DNA of 63,161 nucleotides, counting the filler, from Saprolegnia diclina VS20 (taxonomy: Eukaryota), in NCBI RefSeq assembly GCF_000281045.1. It is 6 parts of 2 records of this genome, joined end to end, with 100 filler letters (N's around TTAATTAATTAA, not from the genome) between each part and the next. Parts side by side here need not be neighbours in the genome. Positions count along the whole stretch, not along the records: positions 26,700 to 56,140 come from NW_008246074.1; 5 more parts are not named here. The stretch is one strand, 5' to 3'. Within the stretch, counting starts at the first letter, position 1; each line of letters begins with the position of its first letter. The notes beneath the pieces were generated by a model. The model was not told the origin of the DNA, made no database searches, and saw only the letters and a list, made by a program, of their open reading frames with translations. This document shows positions 33,581-45,449 of this stretch, in pieces. The position numbers and the translations under genes are program-made.

Positions 33581-34893
33581 ATGAACGGGGTCCTGCCAAG
33601 CATGACGTGGGGCACGTGGATCGACGAAGGCGAAGCGCTGGCTGCGTCATCAACTCCAGCGCCAGTGCCCACGTCCAAGAAGCAGAAGCGGCGCCTCGAG
33701 CGGGGCATCTCGACCGCGCAAGAGGCCAGTTGGTTCGAAGAGGTCTTGGCGCAGGTCGAGGCCGCGGACGAGAACCTCCATGCGCGCTACTACCGCAACC
33801 CGATCCTGGACAAAACAACGGCGACGATTCCGTGGACCGAGTTGCCATCCGGCATTCATCCCAAAGACGGGCACTTGCCACTGCAACGCATTCAGAACAA
33901 GCGCCACCAAGTCGAGAACCTCGCCATCTTTCTGCAGTCCATCGTGCGGTACAATTTCTTGCCATGAGCGATCGTCCATACCTCTCTCGATATAAACGCT
34001 AGGGACGGCGACGTCGTGGTCGAGTTTTGCGCCGGCTCGGGCTACGTGGCGCTGCCGCTCGCGTGTCAATTCCCCAACTGCCACTTTGTGCTTCTGGACA
34101 TGAAGCAGCCGTCGCTCGACATTGCGAGCGAACGCATTGCGCTCGCCTCTCTCTCCAACGTGAGCATCTTTTGCGGTCGCGTCGAAGGTACGTTCTATGA
34201 TCTCGAGATGACCAGGAAGATGACGAAGATCGACTACGGTGCGGTAGAGTACGACGCGCCTTTTGATGTCGGCATTGCCCTCCATGCGTGCGGCGAGGTA
34301 GTACCTTTTCAACGAGGTTTGCGGTCGCCAACCTTGGTTAGGCTACGGACATGGTCCTCGACAAGTGTCTCAAGGCGGACGCGGCGTACGTGCTCGCGCC
34401 CTGCTGCGTGGGCAAGATCAAGCACTCGCTACTGGAGTATCCTCGGTCCAAGTCCCTTCAGACAGCCGTGACGCGCACCGAGTACGAGGTATCTAAGCCT
34501 GTCGGGGAAATTCCCTTATTCCGCGTACTAGATTTTGGCCAAGGCCGCCGACTTTGGCCACAACGGCCATAGCACGGTGGCGGTGAACGCAGCCAACATC
34601 AATCGACGGCGGTGCAAGAGTGTGCTCGAGACCGACCGCAATCTGCGCGCGATTCAGGTCTGACGACCGTACACTGCTGGTAGCACATTTCCCAACCAGA
34701 CCATGTCTAGAACTGCGGGTACTCTGCGGCCATGTACATCATGCACCCATTCGATGCGACGCCCAAGAATGACATTCTTGTCGGGCTTCCTCGGCACCGC
34801 GACCCGGCACAGCTCCCACAAGCCGGCCTCTTGACGCCGGAGGAGGTTCATTTGGCGCTCTACGGCCGGAATATCGACGACCAAGTGCAGTAA
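33581..34893 (+). CDS. SAM-dependent methyltransferase, GSTCD-C-terminal/Methyltransf_32-like, multi-exon
   Basis: WTELPSGIHPKDGHLP..RIQNKRHQVENL, VVEFCAGSGYVAL, GIALHACG.ATD, PCCVGK, YPRS, ETDRN, TPKNDILVG; stop at 34893. Confidence 0.88.
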
Positions 34894-35899
34894 ACTGATG
34901 CAGGCACGGTCGTTGCCACCTGCTTTCAAATCTACCGTGAAATCGCGTCCGCACGGTAAATGCACGGTAATAGAGACACAATGGCACAGCGTAGCAGCCC
35001 GCGCTGGCCGTAAATCCGCGGAATCCCTCCACTAGCGCTGTCGTGGGACGTGGGGAACCCCATCTCCCCGGTTTTCAGCGCAGGTTGCATCGTATCAAAC
35101 GGTAAAACCAGAAGCCCAGGATGCCACATACACAATCGACCAGAGCATGCGACAGACGCGTCGGTCGAACGGCACCAAGGGCGGCGCGGCTTGGTGCGGT
35201 GGCGGACCCTTCTCTCGCCGCCGTCGGCTACTCGGTTCCGTGCTTCCATGGCGACCACAGCACGTTCGACGAAAAGGGTACTTTAACCAAGATCCCAACT
35301 TCGAAATCCTGGGTTTGACTTGAAGCGTGTCAAATCGGCGCGGGAGCCACTCAGAGGCCGCCACGCCTTGCCACGCGCCCTTCAACAATTCGAAATTTGC
35401 CGATCTTCCGCCGACGACGGATGCTGGGATTGCGCATGCCACTCGGAGAACATACAAACTCCAAGATGTCCTTCGTCCGTCTTCATCATGCTGCCATCTG
35501 GGATCCTCGGAGATGAGTGTCTGTGGCCAAAAAGTCGAACCAAGAAATGGTTGGTCATATGGCGCGCGTTCGCTTGTATACTCTGGCCAAGTGACGACTT
35601 CCCGAGGATTTTCTTTGGCGTTCGACCAATCACACGCGTGGTCGGTTATCCGGATACCAATAGGAAGCTTGCGGTTTGTATGCAATGCCGGATAAGCCAC
35701 GGCGTTGAACCGCGTGCCATACGCTTCTGCAGCCGCAACCCTATTGCGGATTTCCACCAATGAGATGCCAGAAACCCGCCGAGTCGACTTTTTGCGTGGT
35801 ATACAAACATCAAGAGAGATCACGAAGCACTCGGCGTTTCTAATTGCATACAAACGTCAAGACGGAAAACACTTGGCCAAAATCGTAGCGATCCGCCAA

Positions 35900-35915
35900 G
35901 TTCATTTTCGAATTC
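35900..35915 (+). promoter_or_regulatory. Oomycete Inr/FPR core promoter of SAM synthetase
   Basis: GTTCATTTTCGAATTC fits GYTCATTYYNNNWTTY, 30 nt before the ATG; several CCAAT boxes upstream (~35625, ~35657, ~35757). Confidence 0.65.
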
Positions 35916-35945
35916 GCTTCTTCCAGCGCAACTCAACCTCACAAC

Positions 35946-37109
35946 ATGGTCGCTGAACGCACGTTCCTCTTCACGTCCGAGTCGGTCAACGAAGGCCACC
36001 CCGACAAGCTCTGCGATCAGATCTCGGACGCTGTCCTTGATGCGTGCGTCGCCCAGGACCCCAACTCGCGCGTCGCTTGCGAGACGTGCGCCAAGACGGG
36101 CATGGTCATGATCTTTGGCGAGATCACGACGCGCGCCACGATCAACTACGAGGCGGTCATCCGCGAGGCCATCAAGGCCATCGGCTACGACGACCCGGCC
36201 AAGGGCCTCGACTACAAGTCGTGCAACGTCATCGTTGCCATTGAGCAGCAGTCGCCCGAGATTGGCGCCGCCGTTGACGGTGCCAAGGACGAAGACATTG
36301 GCGCTGGTGACCAGGGTATCATGTTCGGCTACGCCACGGACGAGACGCCCGAGCTTATGCCCTTGACGCACGTCCTCGCCACGCAGCTCGGCGCCCGCCT
36401 CACCGAAGTGCGCAAGAACGGCACGCTCGACTGGGTGCGCCCGGACGGCAAGACGCAGGTCACGATCGAGTACAAGCAGGAGAACGGCCGCATGATCCCG
36501 CAGCGCGTCCACACTGTCGTCATCTCGACGCAGCACAGCCCCGAGGTCTCGAACGAGCAGATCGCCGCCGACCTCATGACGCACGTCATCACGCCGGTCA
36601 TCCCGGAGCAGTTCCTTGACGACAAGACCGTGTACCACTTGAACCCGTCGGGGCGCTTCGTCATTGGCGGTCCCCACGGTGATGCCGGCCTCACGGGCCG
36701 CAAGATCATCATCGACACGTACGGCGGCTGGGGCGCCCACGGCGGTGGTGCCTTCTCGGGCAAGGACTCGACCAAGGTCGATCGCTCGGCCGCCTACGCT
36801 GCCCGCTGGGTCGCCAAGAACCTCGTCCACCACGGCCTCTGCAAGCGCGTCATCGTGCAGCTCTCTTACGCCATTGGTGTCTCGCACCCGCTCTCGATCC
36901 ACATTGACTCGTACGGCACGGTCAAGGAGGGCGTGACCGACGACGACCTTGTCGAGATTGTCAACAAGAACTTCGACCTCCGCCCCGGTTGCATCCAGCG
37001 CGACCTCAAGCTTAAGCGCCCGGTCATGCAGAAGACGGCCGCTTATGGCCACTTTGGCCGCGACCACGAGGACTTCACGTGGGAGACGATCAAGGAGCTC
37101 AAGCTCTAA
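35946..37109 (+). CDS. metK: S-adenosylmethionine synthetase
   Basis: [77 protein letters not shown]. Confidence 0.99.
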   Translation: MVAERTFLFTSESVNEGHPDKLCDQISDAVLDACVAQDPNSRVACETCAKTGMVMIFGEITTRATINYEAVIREAIKAIGYDDPAKGLDYKSCNVIVAIEQQSPEIGAAVDGAKDEDIGAGDQGIMFGYATDETPELMPLTHVLATQLGARLTEVRKNGTLDWVRPDGKTQVTIEYKQENGRMIPQRVHTVVISTQHSPEVSNEQIAADLMTHVITPVIPEQFLDDKTVYHLNPSGRFVIGGPHGDAGLTGRKIIIDTYGGWGAHGGGAFSGKDSTKVDRSAAYAARWVAKNLVHHGLCKRVIVQLSYAIGVSHPLSIHIDSYGTVKEGVTDDDLVEIVNKNFDLRPGCIQRDLKLKRPVMQKTAAYGHFGRDHEDFTWETIKELKL

Positions 37110-37273
37110 ATCGCTTCGCAGTGAAAAATAAAAATATATCCACGTTTTGTCCATTAAACTCATCCATATCTTGCACCTCGCGTATAACACGCCATGCCAC
37201 AAGTTAAACAATGGTATAACACAGCCGTGGAGCCGAAAGTGCAGTTTCGGTTACACGGCGCAGACAGGCGGCT

Positions 37274-40200
37274 ATGGACGTCGGCGCCCGCGTCCGCGTC
37301 TTCTGGGCGTCCGAGGACGCATGGTTCGAGGGCGAGATCACGGCCATTGACGATGGCAGCATCCACGTTCTCTTTGGTACCGAATCTTGGCACGCGATGA
37401 TGCGACCACGGGTGTAGACGACGGCGACGAAGGCGAGTACGAGCCTGGTGACCAGATTGAGCTTCTGGCTTCGTGCGATGCGTATATACCCCTGCCCATT
37501 CGGTGCTCGGTCTTTATTTATGGCGGACGTACTAGCGATGACGATACAATGGACGACGAACGCGATCTCGCAAGCAGCGAACTGTAAGCACACTAAGAAC
37601 TCCTCTCTTCTTATTGTGGTCGTTGCAGGGCGGCCGAGTCGGACAACGACGCTGCGTCCAACGACGACCTGAGCCGCCCCTCTTCCTCGTACGACGACGA
37701 TAGCAACGATGTATGGTCTTACGGCTCATGGGCTAGTCGACTACGCGATGATGCCATCGAGATGGACCTTCCGGATGATGACCTCGCTGTAGCTGCCATT
37801 GCCATGCTCTCAGCAACCGACGACGACGATACGAGCGGAAACAACGACCCGACACCCAGCCTCGCAGCGTACACCGCTACTACCGGCTGTCACAGCGCGA
37901 ATACCACATCTAGGAGCGAGGCGTACTCGTTTGCGGATGACGACGATGCGTCCGTTCCGGTCGCAGCGACAGATGCGCTTCCGTCGCCACATAGTCCAGT
38001 GCCACACCAGCTGCAGTGGTGGCGCGTCCGGTTCACAAAGGACGGGTGCACCGAGACCGGCGTTATAATCGACGTCTCCCTCCCGCTCTTGCACGTCGAC
38101 CGAGGTCTGTCCATGCCTGGTGTCAAGTAGCTGATGCTCAACCATGTATGTAGATTTGGCGCGGGGCAGTCTAGTGTACCTCGACGTCGACCTCGACACG
38201 ATCGAGTATATGGAGCGCACCAGCGTCTTTGCCTTCACAACAGTAGCGGCGTACGTCCTATTTCACTTGTCGAAATGTTGTAGCAAGGTGATGTGCGTAG
38301 CCCCTCGGTGCTTGCGCGTCGATGCGAGAGCCCGCCGTTGCTGTCGCGCAACCCGCTTGCCGGCTTGGATATGACGACGACGGACGTGCGCAAGAAGCTG
38401 CTGCAATACGCCAGCTTGATCGAGCACTGTCTGTGCGCCAAAGACGCATGGCAGACTACGATCGCACTGCACTTGGCCGAGGTAGTACGCTGCCTTTTTC
38501 TAGTCGATAGATCCATTGTATATGTACTAGCACCAACGACTTGCCACGTGCTTTCAAGACATGCAGTCGCCGGACCGCGGGTTGCGCCTCGCTGCCGCGC
38601 GATTTCTCTGTGCGTTGGCCCACGAGTCCCAGCGGAATCAGTCCCTTTTGCTCCAGTACACCTCGTGTATCGTTGCGAAGCTGTACCGAGAGGCGTGGCG
38701 TAGGTACAACGGGCTCTCGGTGCTCTGTCTGCGTATCTTTTCGATCCCGAGCCATTTCCAGCGCCACTATGAAGCTCAGTGCCGCCTCCAGCGCGCCAGT
38801 CCGACCCAAGACGGGTTCCTCCACTACCTCACTGCCTTTGTGCGAGACCGCATGCGGCCGCTCCTCGCTCGCTTGCACTCGTGCTACGACGCACCCGAAC
38901 GGCGTCTTCCCATGGTCTGGTTCAGCGCCCATTGCCCAAAATCAGCCGAGAACGACGATGACGATATCGACGCGATCGGTGGCTTTGGTCATGACGTCTC
39001 AACCGTCCCTGATCCCGACACACACCTTATTGGGTTTGTCCTTGGACGGGACCCTGCGTGTGTCCCCCCCACGGCCTTGACCAAGTCCGAGGTGCGTCGA
39101 CAATAACCTCAGCCTTTTCCTAATTCGGTTTCTCCGAGGTGGATACGATGGCCAAGCTGTTTGTCGTCTCCCCGCCCAACGCCGTACCTCGACGCGACCT
39201 CGTCACGAAGCTTGATTGCTATGTAGATAAGCGTGCTCCAAGAAGCGCAGATGCTCCTCGGGACGCTGTCGCCGCCCGTGAACCGGTTCGTCGTACGCGA
39301 CAAACTCGCCGCCTCGCCACTCGTGCAGCACCTTGTGGACGATATGGACATGGGCGTCATGGGCGTCGTCGCAGCTCTCGATGACGTGGCGATAGTCGGA
39401 TGGCGCGATCTCTTTTCGTATCTGAGCATGCGCTTGCACCTCGACGCGCTCGGAGCCTTGTTTGACGCGGCGTGGGTCGCCGAGCTCGTCGGCGTGTTCC
39501 GCTCGCTCTTGCCCGACTTGAATCGTACGAGCGTTTGCGCTGTTGGTATGGTTGATGATGCTCTTTTGGCTGGTGTAGCCTTGCTGCGGCCCACGACGTG
39601 GGTCTGGAACGTCGAGCTTATCGACGCGATCGAGCGGCACTCGGTCCTTGTGTCGGACTTCCGCATCTGCGGCGCGCTAGAGAAGCTCCATGGCGTCGCG
39701 CTGCGGCCACTGGGTTTTCTGTGCTTGCTCACAGCGCTGCGGCAGTGTCTCTTGCCGTCACCGACCTTTCAGCCGCGCAAAACGTTGAAACAAGCTACGG
39801 CGCACCGCGTCACGAGCCGCCTCACGTCGCAAACCACCGACGAGCGCGTCTCATCGGCGATTGCACGCGCAAAGGCGGCTGTATGTAGCCTCCAAGCCAC
39901 GCAGTCGCACCGCGCCCGCACCCACCCGCGCGCCACGTACCTCCGCCACGTCTCGAATGTGGACACGATTCAAACGTATGTGACGCAGCAAGCGCACGCG
40001 CTCGAGTCGGAGCTGCGCGACTTTATGCGCGCGCAGCGCGACCCGCCACCGTCTCCATCGTCCTCGCCGCCAACGCATGATCCGAATGCTAGTTTACAGC
40101 CCCATCTGAACGCTGTGCTCAGCGCGCGTGGGCAGGACTTGGACGCGATAGCATCGGCACTACATGTTGAGAAGATGGAGCGGGCCGACGCCAAGCGCCG

Positions 40201-41499
40201 GACTGTCCAGCGGAATAAAGTCAAGTACGACACGGAGATGGTCATGGAGTTGGTCGAAACGTCGTGTGCTTGTAGGTTGCAGCGAGAGCAAGCCAAGATC
40301 GCTGCAGCCATGGCCGCCAAGGAAACCAAAGCACAAGCACTACGGGACGCGATCGAAGCCAAGAAGCGACTGCAGCAACAGCAAGCGCACCGACGCCACG
40401 CATTGCGACAAGCCCGCGTGGTCGCCCAGCTCCAGCGACAAGAGTCGTCTGGCGACAACAACAACAGCAATACGGCACATCCCAAGCGACCTGCATCGGC
40501 GCGACCGCAACGCAGCGAGCCGCACCGACCAAAGGAGCCGACGCGACCACGGTCACCGCCGCCTCGCCTGTCGTCACCGACGCGCACGCCACGTCGCCCA
40601 CGGTGTCAGTCGGCGCGGCTCATCCGAGACCGGTCCACGGCCTTTGGCAACATCATGTCGGACCTCCAAAGCGCCGAGCTGGCGGCCAAGAAGGTGCACG
40701 CCAAGAAGCTATGGCGTGCGATGCGAGCAGACGAGAAAGCAGTCGTTGGAAAGTACGCGGTACGCTGCTGTTCCGCGTGATGCAATCTGTACAAAGGGTG
40801 GATGGTAGGGACCGCCACCGACGCAGCCAGCGACCGAGACGCACGAGACGCCTCGATTTACGCGCATGTCGTTCTTATCGCCAACCAAAGCGGTGTCGAC
40901 CACGCCGCTCGAGCTACCGCTGGCAAACGAAGCGACGTGCAAGAAGCTGGCGGGTGAACTCTTGCCACCCGAGGTGCGTCCGCCCGAGATCCACGACGCT
41001 GCGACACCAAGCTATGTCGTGCTCGCCAAGTACAAGCGGACGCTGAGCGACACGCAGCGCGAGCTCTACAAAGGTACGACCTGCCTACTCTGAGCGAAGT
41101 CGCAGGATACGAGGGTAGCACGGTTTGCGACGCCGACCTCCAAGCTCAACCACCGGCTCTCGTGCGCGGTGCAGGAGCAGTACGTGCACATGACGCGGCG
41201 CAAAGAAGCGTGGGACGCCTTCAGTGCGCAGTCCCATCTCTACTCGGACGATCCAAATCTGCTCAAGCGCACAGAGCTCGGCCACGTCATTCGCAGTGTG
41301 GGTGGGTCGAACCATACAGCGCAGGAAAGCGCGTCATGACGAGCGATGCCTAGGTTTGCAGGTGGCACCGACCACTCTCGAAGCCATTTGCCGCCGCCTC
41401 GACACCAAGCTCACGGGGTTTATTGCGTGGCGCGACTTTTACGAGTGGTTTCAGGGCCAAGACGAACAGCGCGCGACCTCCCGCAGCCTCCGCACGTAG
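37274..41499 (+). CDS. Large multi-exon protein: N-terminal Tudor-like domain, helical middle, coiled coil, EF-hand-like end (may be more than one gene)
   Basis: MDVGARVRVFWASEDAWFEGEITAIDDGSIHVLF-DDGD is Tudor-like; long ORF 39233-40780 with coiled coil; ...ICRRLDTKLTGFIAWRDFYEWF is EF-hand-like; stop at 41499. Confidence 0.6.
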
Positions 41500-42139
41500 C
41501 ACATCTCTCTCGCAGCAACGCTTGTACCATTTCTTGGCCCATTAATGACACCCACCATGCGTCGTAGCAAGACTAGCATGTATAGTCAACGAGGTCATTC
41601 GAGACACCATCAGTTGGTTTCGGCGTAGACACTGCAAAGGGCCTATAAGCTGCGCATCGACCCTTGACACTGGCTCACCACGCTCCACGAGGTTGGGCAG
41701 ACCGCGGGCTGGGTGCTTTGCCACGAAGAGTGGCCCTTTGTTGCGCAGCTGGTGGCTGCGAGCTGCGCTGGCGATAGGTCATGGGTCTTTATTATTGACC
41801 CATGGATAGGTTCAGATTCTGGCGCCACCGACCACAGATTCGTAGGGGCACACTCTAAGGACCCATGCTCCCACGTCGTCCTCAATGCTGGAGCTCCACA
41901 TTTCCGACAGCCATGGTATGCGTAGGGTATCGGAGCCTCAGAAGGAGGTATTCTAGCGCTGCTTGTTGTCGGGACCGGTATGAGCCGAAGCGTCGTCGAG
42001 CACTGACGCCACTTGCACTTGGTCGCCATGCATACTGAACGCAAATGGTTGTCAAAGTTGAAGTTGCCTTTTTCCGGATACGCTTGCGGATTGCTATCAT
42101 TGTGGCCTGGCGATCGGGCCGATCATTCCCCGACCTGCG

Positions 42140-43728
42140 ATGCTGAGCTCGACCGCCCGCCGCCTCACCCGCCCTTCCTGCCTGACGCGTGCGAGCAGCC
42201 ATGCTGCCACCAGTCTGCCGCCGGCCCCCGCCGACTATGACTGGGACGCATTCCGGGCCAAGGCGCACCAAACCATCGACTTTATTGTCGACTACAACAA
42301 GCGGCTCGCAGCGCGCGAGCTGCCCGTGCTGCCGTCGTGCGAGCCGGGGGATGTGCGTCGTGCGCTGCCGTCGCACCCGTCCGAGACGCCCGTCGAGTGG
42401 TCGCAGATTCTGGCCGACGTCGAGAAGGTCGTCGTGCCCAACATGACGCATTGGCAGCACCCCGACTTTATGGCGTACTTTCCCGCGCAAGCCGCGCCGT
42501 CGGCGATGCTCGGCGAGCTCATGGCCAACGCCATGAACCAGCCGGGCTTCAACTGGATCTGCTCGCCGGCCGCGACCGAGATGGAGCTCCACGTCATGGA
42601 CTGGCTCCGCGAAGCGTTTGGGTTGCCCGAGGCCATGTCGTGGCGCGGCTCGGGTACGGCTCTAGCGTTCTGAAGGATGATATTCATGACGTGTATGGCG
42701 TAGGCGGTGGCATCATGCAGCCGAGCGCGACCGAGGGCATGATCGTCGCGCAGGTAAGCGCCCGCACGCGCAAGCTCGCGGCCAACCCGGGGCTCTCGCT
42801 CGACTCGCTCGTGAGCTACTACAGCGACCAGTCGCATTTCTGTGTCGAGAAGGCGAGCAAGGTCCTCGGTGTCAAGCATTTGCGCAAGATTCCGTCCGTG
42901 CTGGATCCGTCGACTGGCAACTACGCCATGGACCTCGACGTGCTCGCGGCGACGATCGCCGATGACTCGGCGAACGGCCTCGCGCCGTTCTTCGTGTCCG
43001 GCAACTATGGTGCGACCGGTGTCTGCGCCGTCGACGACATTGAGGCGATGGCTAAGATCGCATCGGAGAACGACATGTGGCTCAACATGGATGCAGCGTA
43101 CGCCGGCGTCGTCGCGCTCTTGCCCGAGATGCGGTCGACGCTCGGCGGCATGCACGTCTGCGACTCGCTGCTCATGAACGGCTCGAAATGGTTCCACCTC
43201 ATGTTCAACTCGAGCTTCTTCTTCTTCCGCCAAAAGGAGCATGTTGTCCAAGCCCTTAATGCGACCGGCGCGTACCTCGAAAACAAGCACACGGCCGACA
43301 ACAACGTGTTTGACCTCAAGGACTACCAGCTCGGCCTCGGCCGGCCGTTCCGCGGCCTCAAGGCGTACTGCACGATCCAGAGCATGGGGCTTGAAGGCTT
43401 CCGCGACGGACTGCGCCGCCATTTGCAACTGGCGACGTACCTCGCCGACGAGCTCCGCAAGCACGAGCGCATCCACGTGATCCGAGATATCTTTGGCCTT
43501 GTCTGCTTCCGCGTCAAGGACGCCGACGATGCGACCAACATGGCGGTCATGGAGCACCTCAACAACGTCGAGGGCATCCATATGGTCCATACGGTCACGG
43601 CGGACCACGGCGTTGTCCTTCGCCTTGCGCTCTGCCACCCGCAGCTCACGGTCGAGGACATGGACCGCCTCGTCGCCAAGGTGCTGCGGTCGCTCCCCGA
43701 TGCAAACAAAGTGGCCGCCGTCGCCTAA
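42140..43728 (+). CDS. PLP-dependent aromatic-L-amino-acid (tyrosine/DOPA/tryptophan) decarboxylase, copy 1, with mitochondrial-type presequence; 1 intron
   Basis: THWQHPDFMAYFP, GFNWICSPAATEME, intron 42654-42703, GGGIMQPSATE, YSDQSHFCVEKA, DAAYAG, NGSKW (PLP Lys), DYQLGLGRPFR, GLVCFR. Confidence 0.95.
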
Positions 43729-44002
43729 GACAGATCGGAGCTTTTGAAATAGAAGGTGCAGTTCCTATAACATATTTGAGGTTGACTGGAAAGCCCATCG
43801 AGCAGCGAGTGGGAGCTAGACGAGCAAGTCGATAGACGGGTGGACGCAGAGGTTTCTCGACGGTCTAGGAGTGGATGGCATTGGTTTCGGTATATACTCG
43901 ACGACTACTGAGGCACTCGAGTTAACAATGTAGCTTGATAAATCGATACTAGTACATTTCATCAAGCTATAAAAGATCTAAACACGGCGTTTGGGCTCAA
44001 AA

Positions 44003-45031
44003 CTACAGGACTGTACTGTAGACGATGCAACCAAAGAGTACGACAATGATGACGGCGGTGCGTCGACCCGCGCTCATGGCAACGGGCGGTGGCGTCGTGA
44101 TTGGCTGCTTGGGGGCATCTTCGCTCGCCGAGTCGGTTCGGAGACTCTCACCGACGTAGAACACAATATTTTGGAACTCTAGCGCGGAATCCTCGGGAGA
44201 ATAGGTGTAGCCACCGCTCTCGGGGGGATTGGTGTGACCACTGCCCTCGGAAAAGTTGCCAAAGGTCGAGACATTAAACCCACTGCCGCTCGTGACAGAA
44301 CTGCCGCTGCCATTGGTTGAGCCATTCCCAATGCCGGCCGTCGCACCACTTTGATCGTCAACCACGGTCGGTACCACGGAAGCCGAGTAGGTATTTAGGG
44401 ACTTGGGGCAGCGCGGGTTGCCCGGCGTCGACTGTAGGCTGGGGTTGAGGCACTGCCCGAACGCGAGGTAGCACTCGTTTTGAAAAAAAACGGGGCTCGT
44501 CACGCCGTCGGTCGCGCAGATCTTGGCCCGCGTTGCGTTGCATGGGCGGACGCTGCGGGCACACGCTTCGTACGTTGGCTGGCTCGCATTGTACGAGCGC
44601 GGGCAGTCGTCACCAGCGCAGGGCGTCGGACACGCAAACGACGCGACAAACTGGATTCGGGCATCGAGGCGCCGGGCGACCTTGAGGTGAAAGTAGCTGT
44701 TGTACGTGACACCATTCGAGCCGCAGACCGGGCGCACGGCGTCGACGCCAACGGCGTTGAGCTGCTCCAGAGCGACGACCGGGCACTGGCCGTCGATCGG
44801 CGCTGCGTAGCATTGCACATTGCGGTCCAAGCACTTGGCGTAGAGGCACTCGCACTGTGAGCCGTAGCGCGTGCTGTTGGTCGGGTCAAACACGGCGGCC
44901 TTCGGACCGTACGTGCTGCACATGCGGGTTGGCGACGTATCGTTGCGGCAGACCACCGAGCTGTAGCACACCGCATCAACCCACGACATTTGGAGCGTGA
45001 GCAAGAAGACAAGAAACCAATGCTCCGTCAT
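44003..45031 (-). CDS. Surface-anchored Kazal-type protease-inhibitor-like protein
   Basis: Signal peptide MTEHWFLVFLLTLQMSWVDA; Kazal-like PVCGSNGVTYNS and KICATDG...NECYL..GQC; Ser/Gly/Thr stalk; hydrophobic C-terminus. Confidence 0.8.
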   Translation of the reverse strand: MTEHWFLVFLLTLQMSWVDAVCYSSVVCRNDTSPTRMCSTYGPKAAVFDPTNSTRYGSQCECLYAKCLDRNVQCYAAPIDGQCPVVALEQLNAVGVDAVRPVCGSNGVTYNSYFHLKVARRLDARIQFVASFACPTPCAGDDCPRSYNASQPTYEACARSVRPCNATRAKICATDGVTSPVFFQNECYLAFGQCLNPSLQSTPGNPRCPKSLNTYSASVVPTVVDDQSGATAGIGNGSTNGSGSSVTSGSGFNVSTFGNFSEGSGHTNPPESGGYTYSPEDSALEFQNIVFYVGESLRTDSASEDAPKQPITTPPPVAMSAGRRTAVIIVVLFGCIVYSTVL

Positions 45032-45449
45032 CGTCGTGGAAAGTGATATTGTGCAAGAGTGGAGGCGCTCAAGGCTGCTCGGACGACAGTGTCCCGGATA
45101 CCGTCCGTTGATTGTCGACTCCGACTGGAACAACCAGAAACGCGACGAGACGTTGTTGCGATCACCGGGAGCTCGGTGGCGAGATGCAAAAATGTCAACT
45201 CGTACACTCAACCATTAACTTGCGTGAAATTGTATCGAAGACTTGAAAGCGCACCGTTCGCTCGTCTCCCCCGCACCTTCTCGCACCTCTTCCTTTGGAT
45301 CAGTAGAAGGACACACTTTGTAAACCACAGTAGTTGTTCTGTTTGTACGGAGATAGAGGCGCCGTCACTGCAGTCCAGACGCCAACTACCATACGACCAA
45401 GCAGATCCGATGACGCACCTCGATCGTCATAGTCACATTGGTATCGTTC

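Noticed and set aside
35820..37211. 463-aa antisense ORF over SAM synthetase (also 42292-43638, 50537-51763, 30265-31683, 16470-17144)
   Set aside because: Shadow ORFs produced by GC-rich third codon positions of real genes on the other strand.
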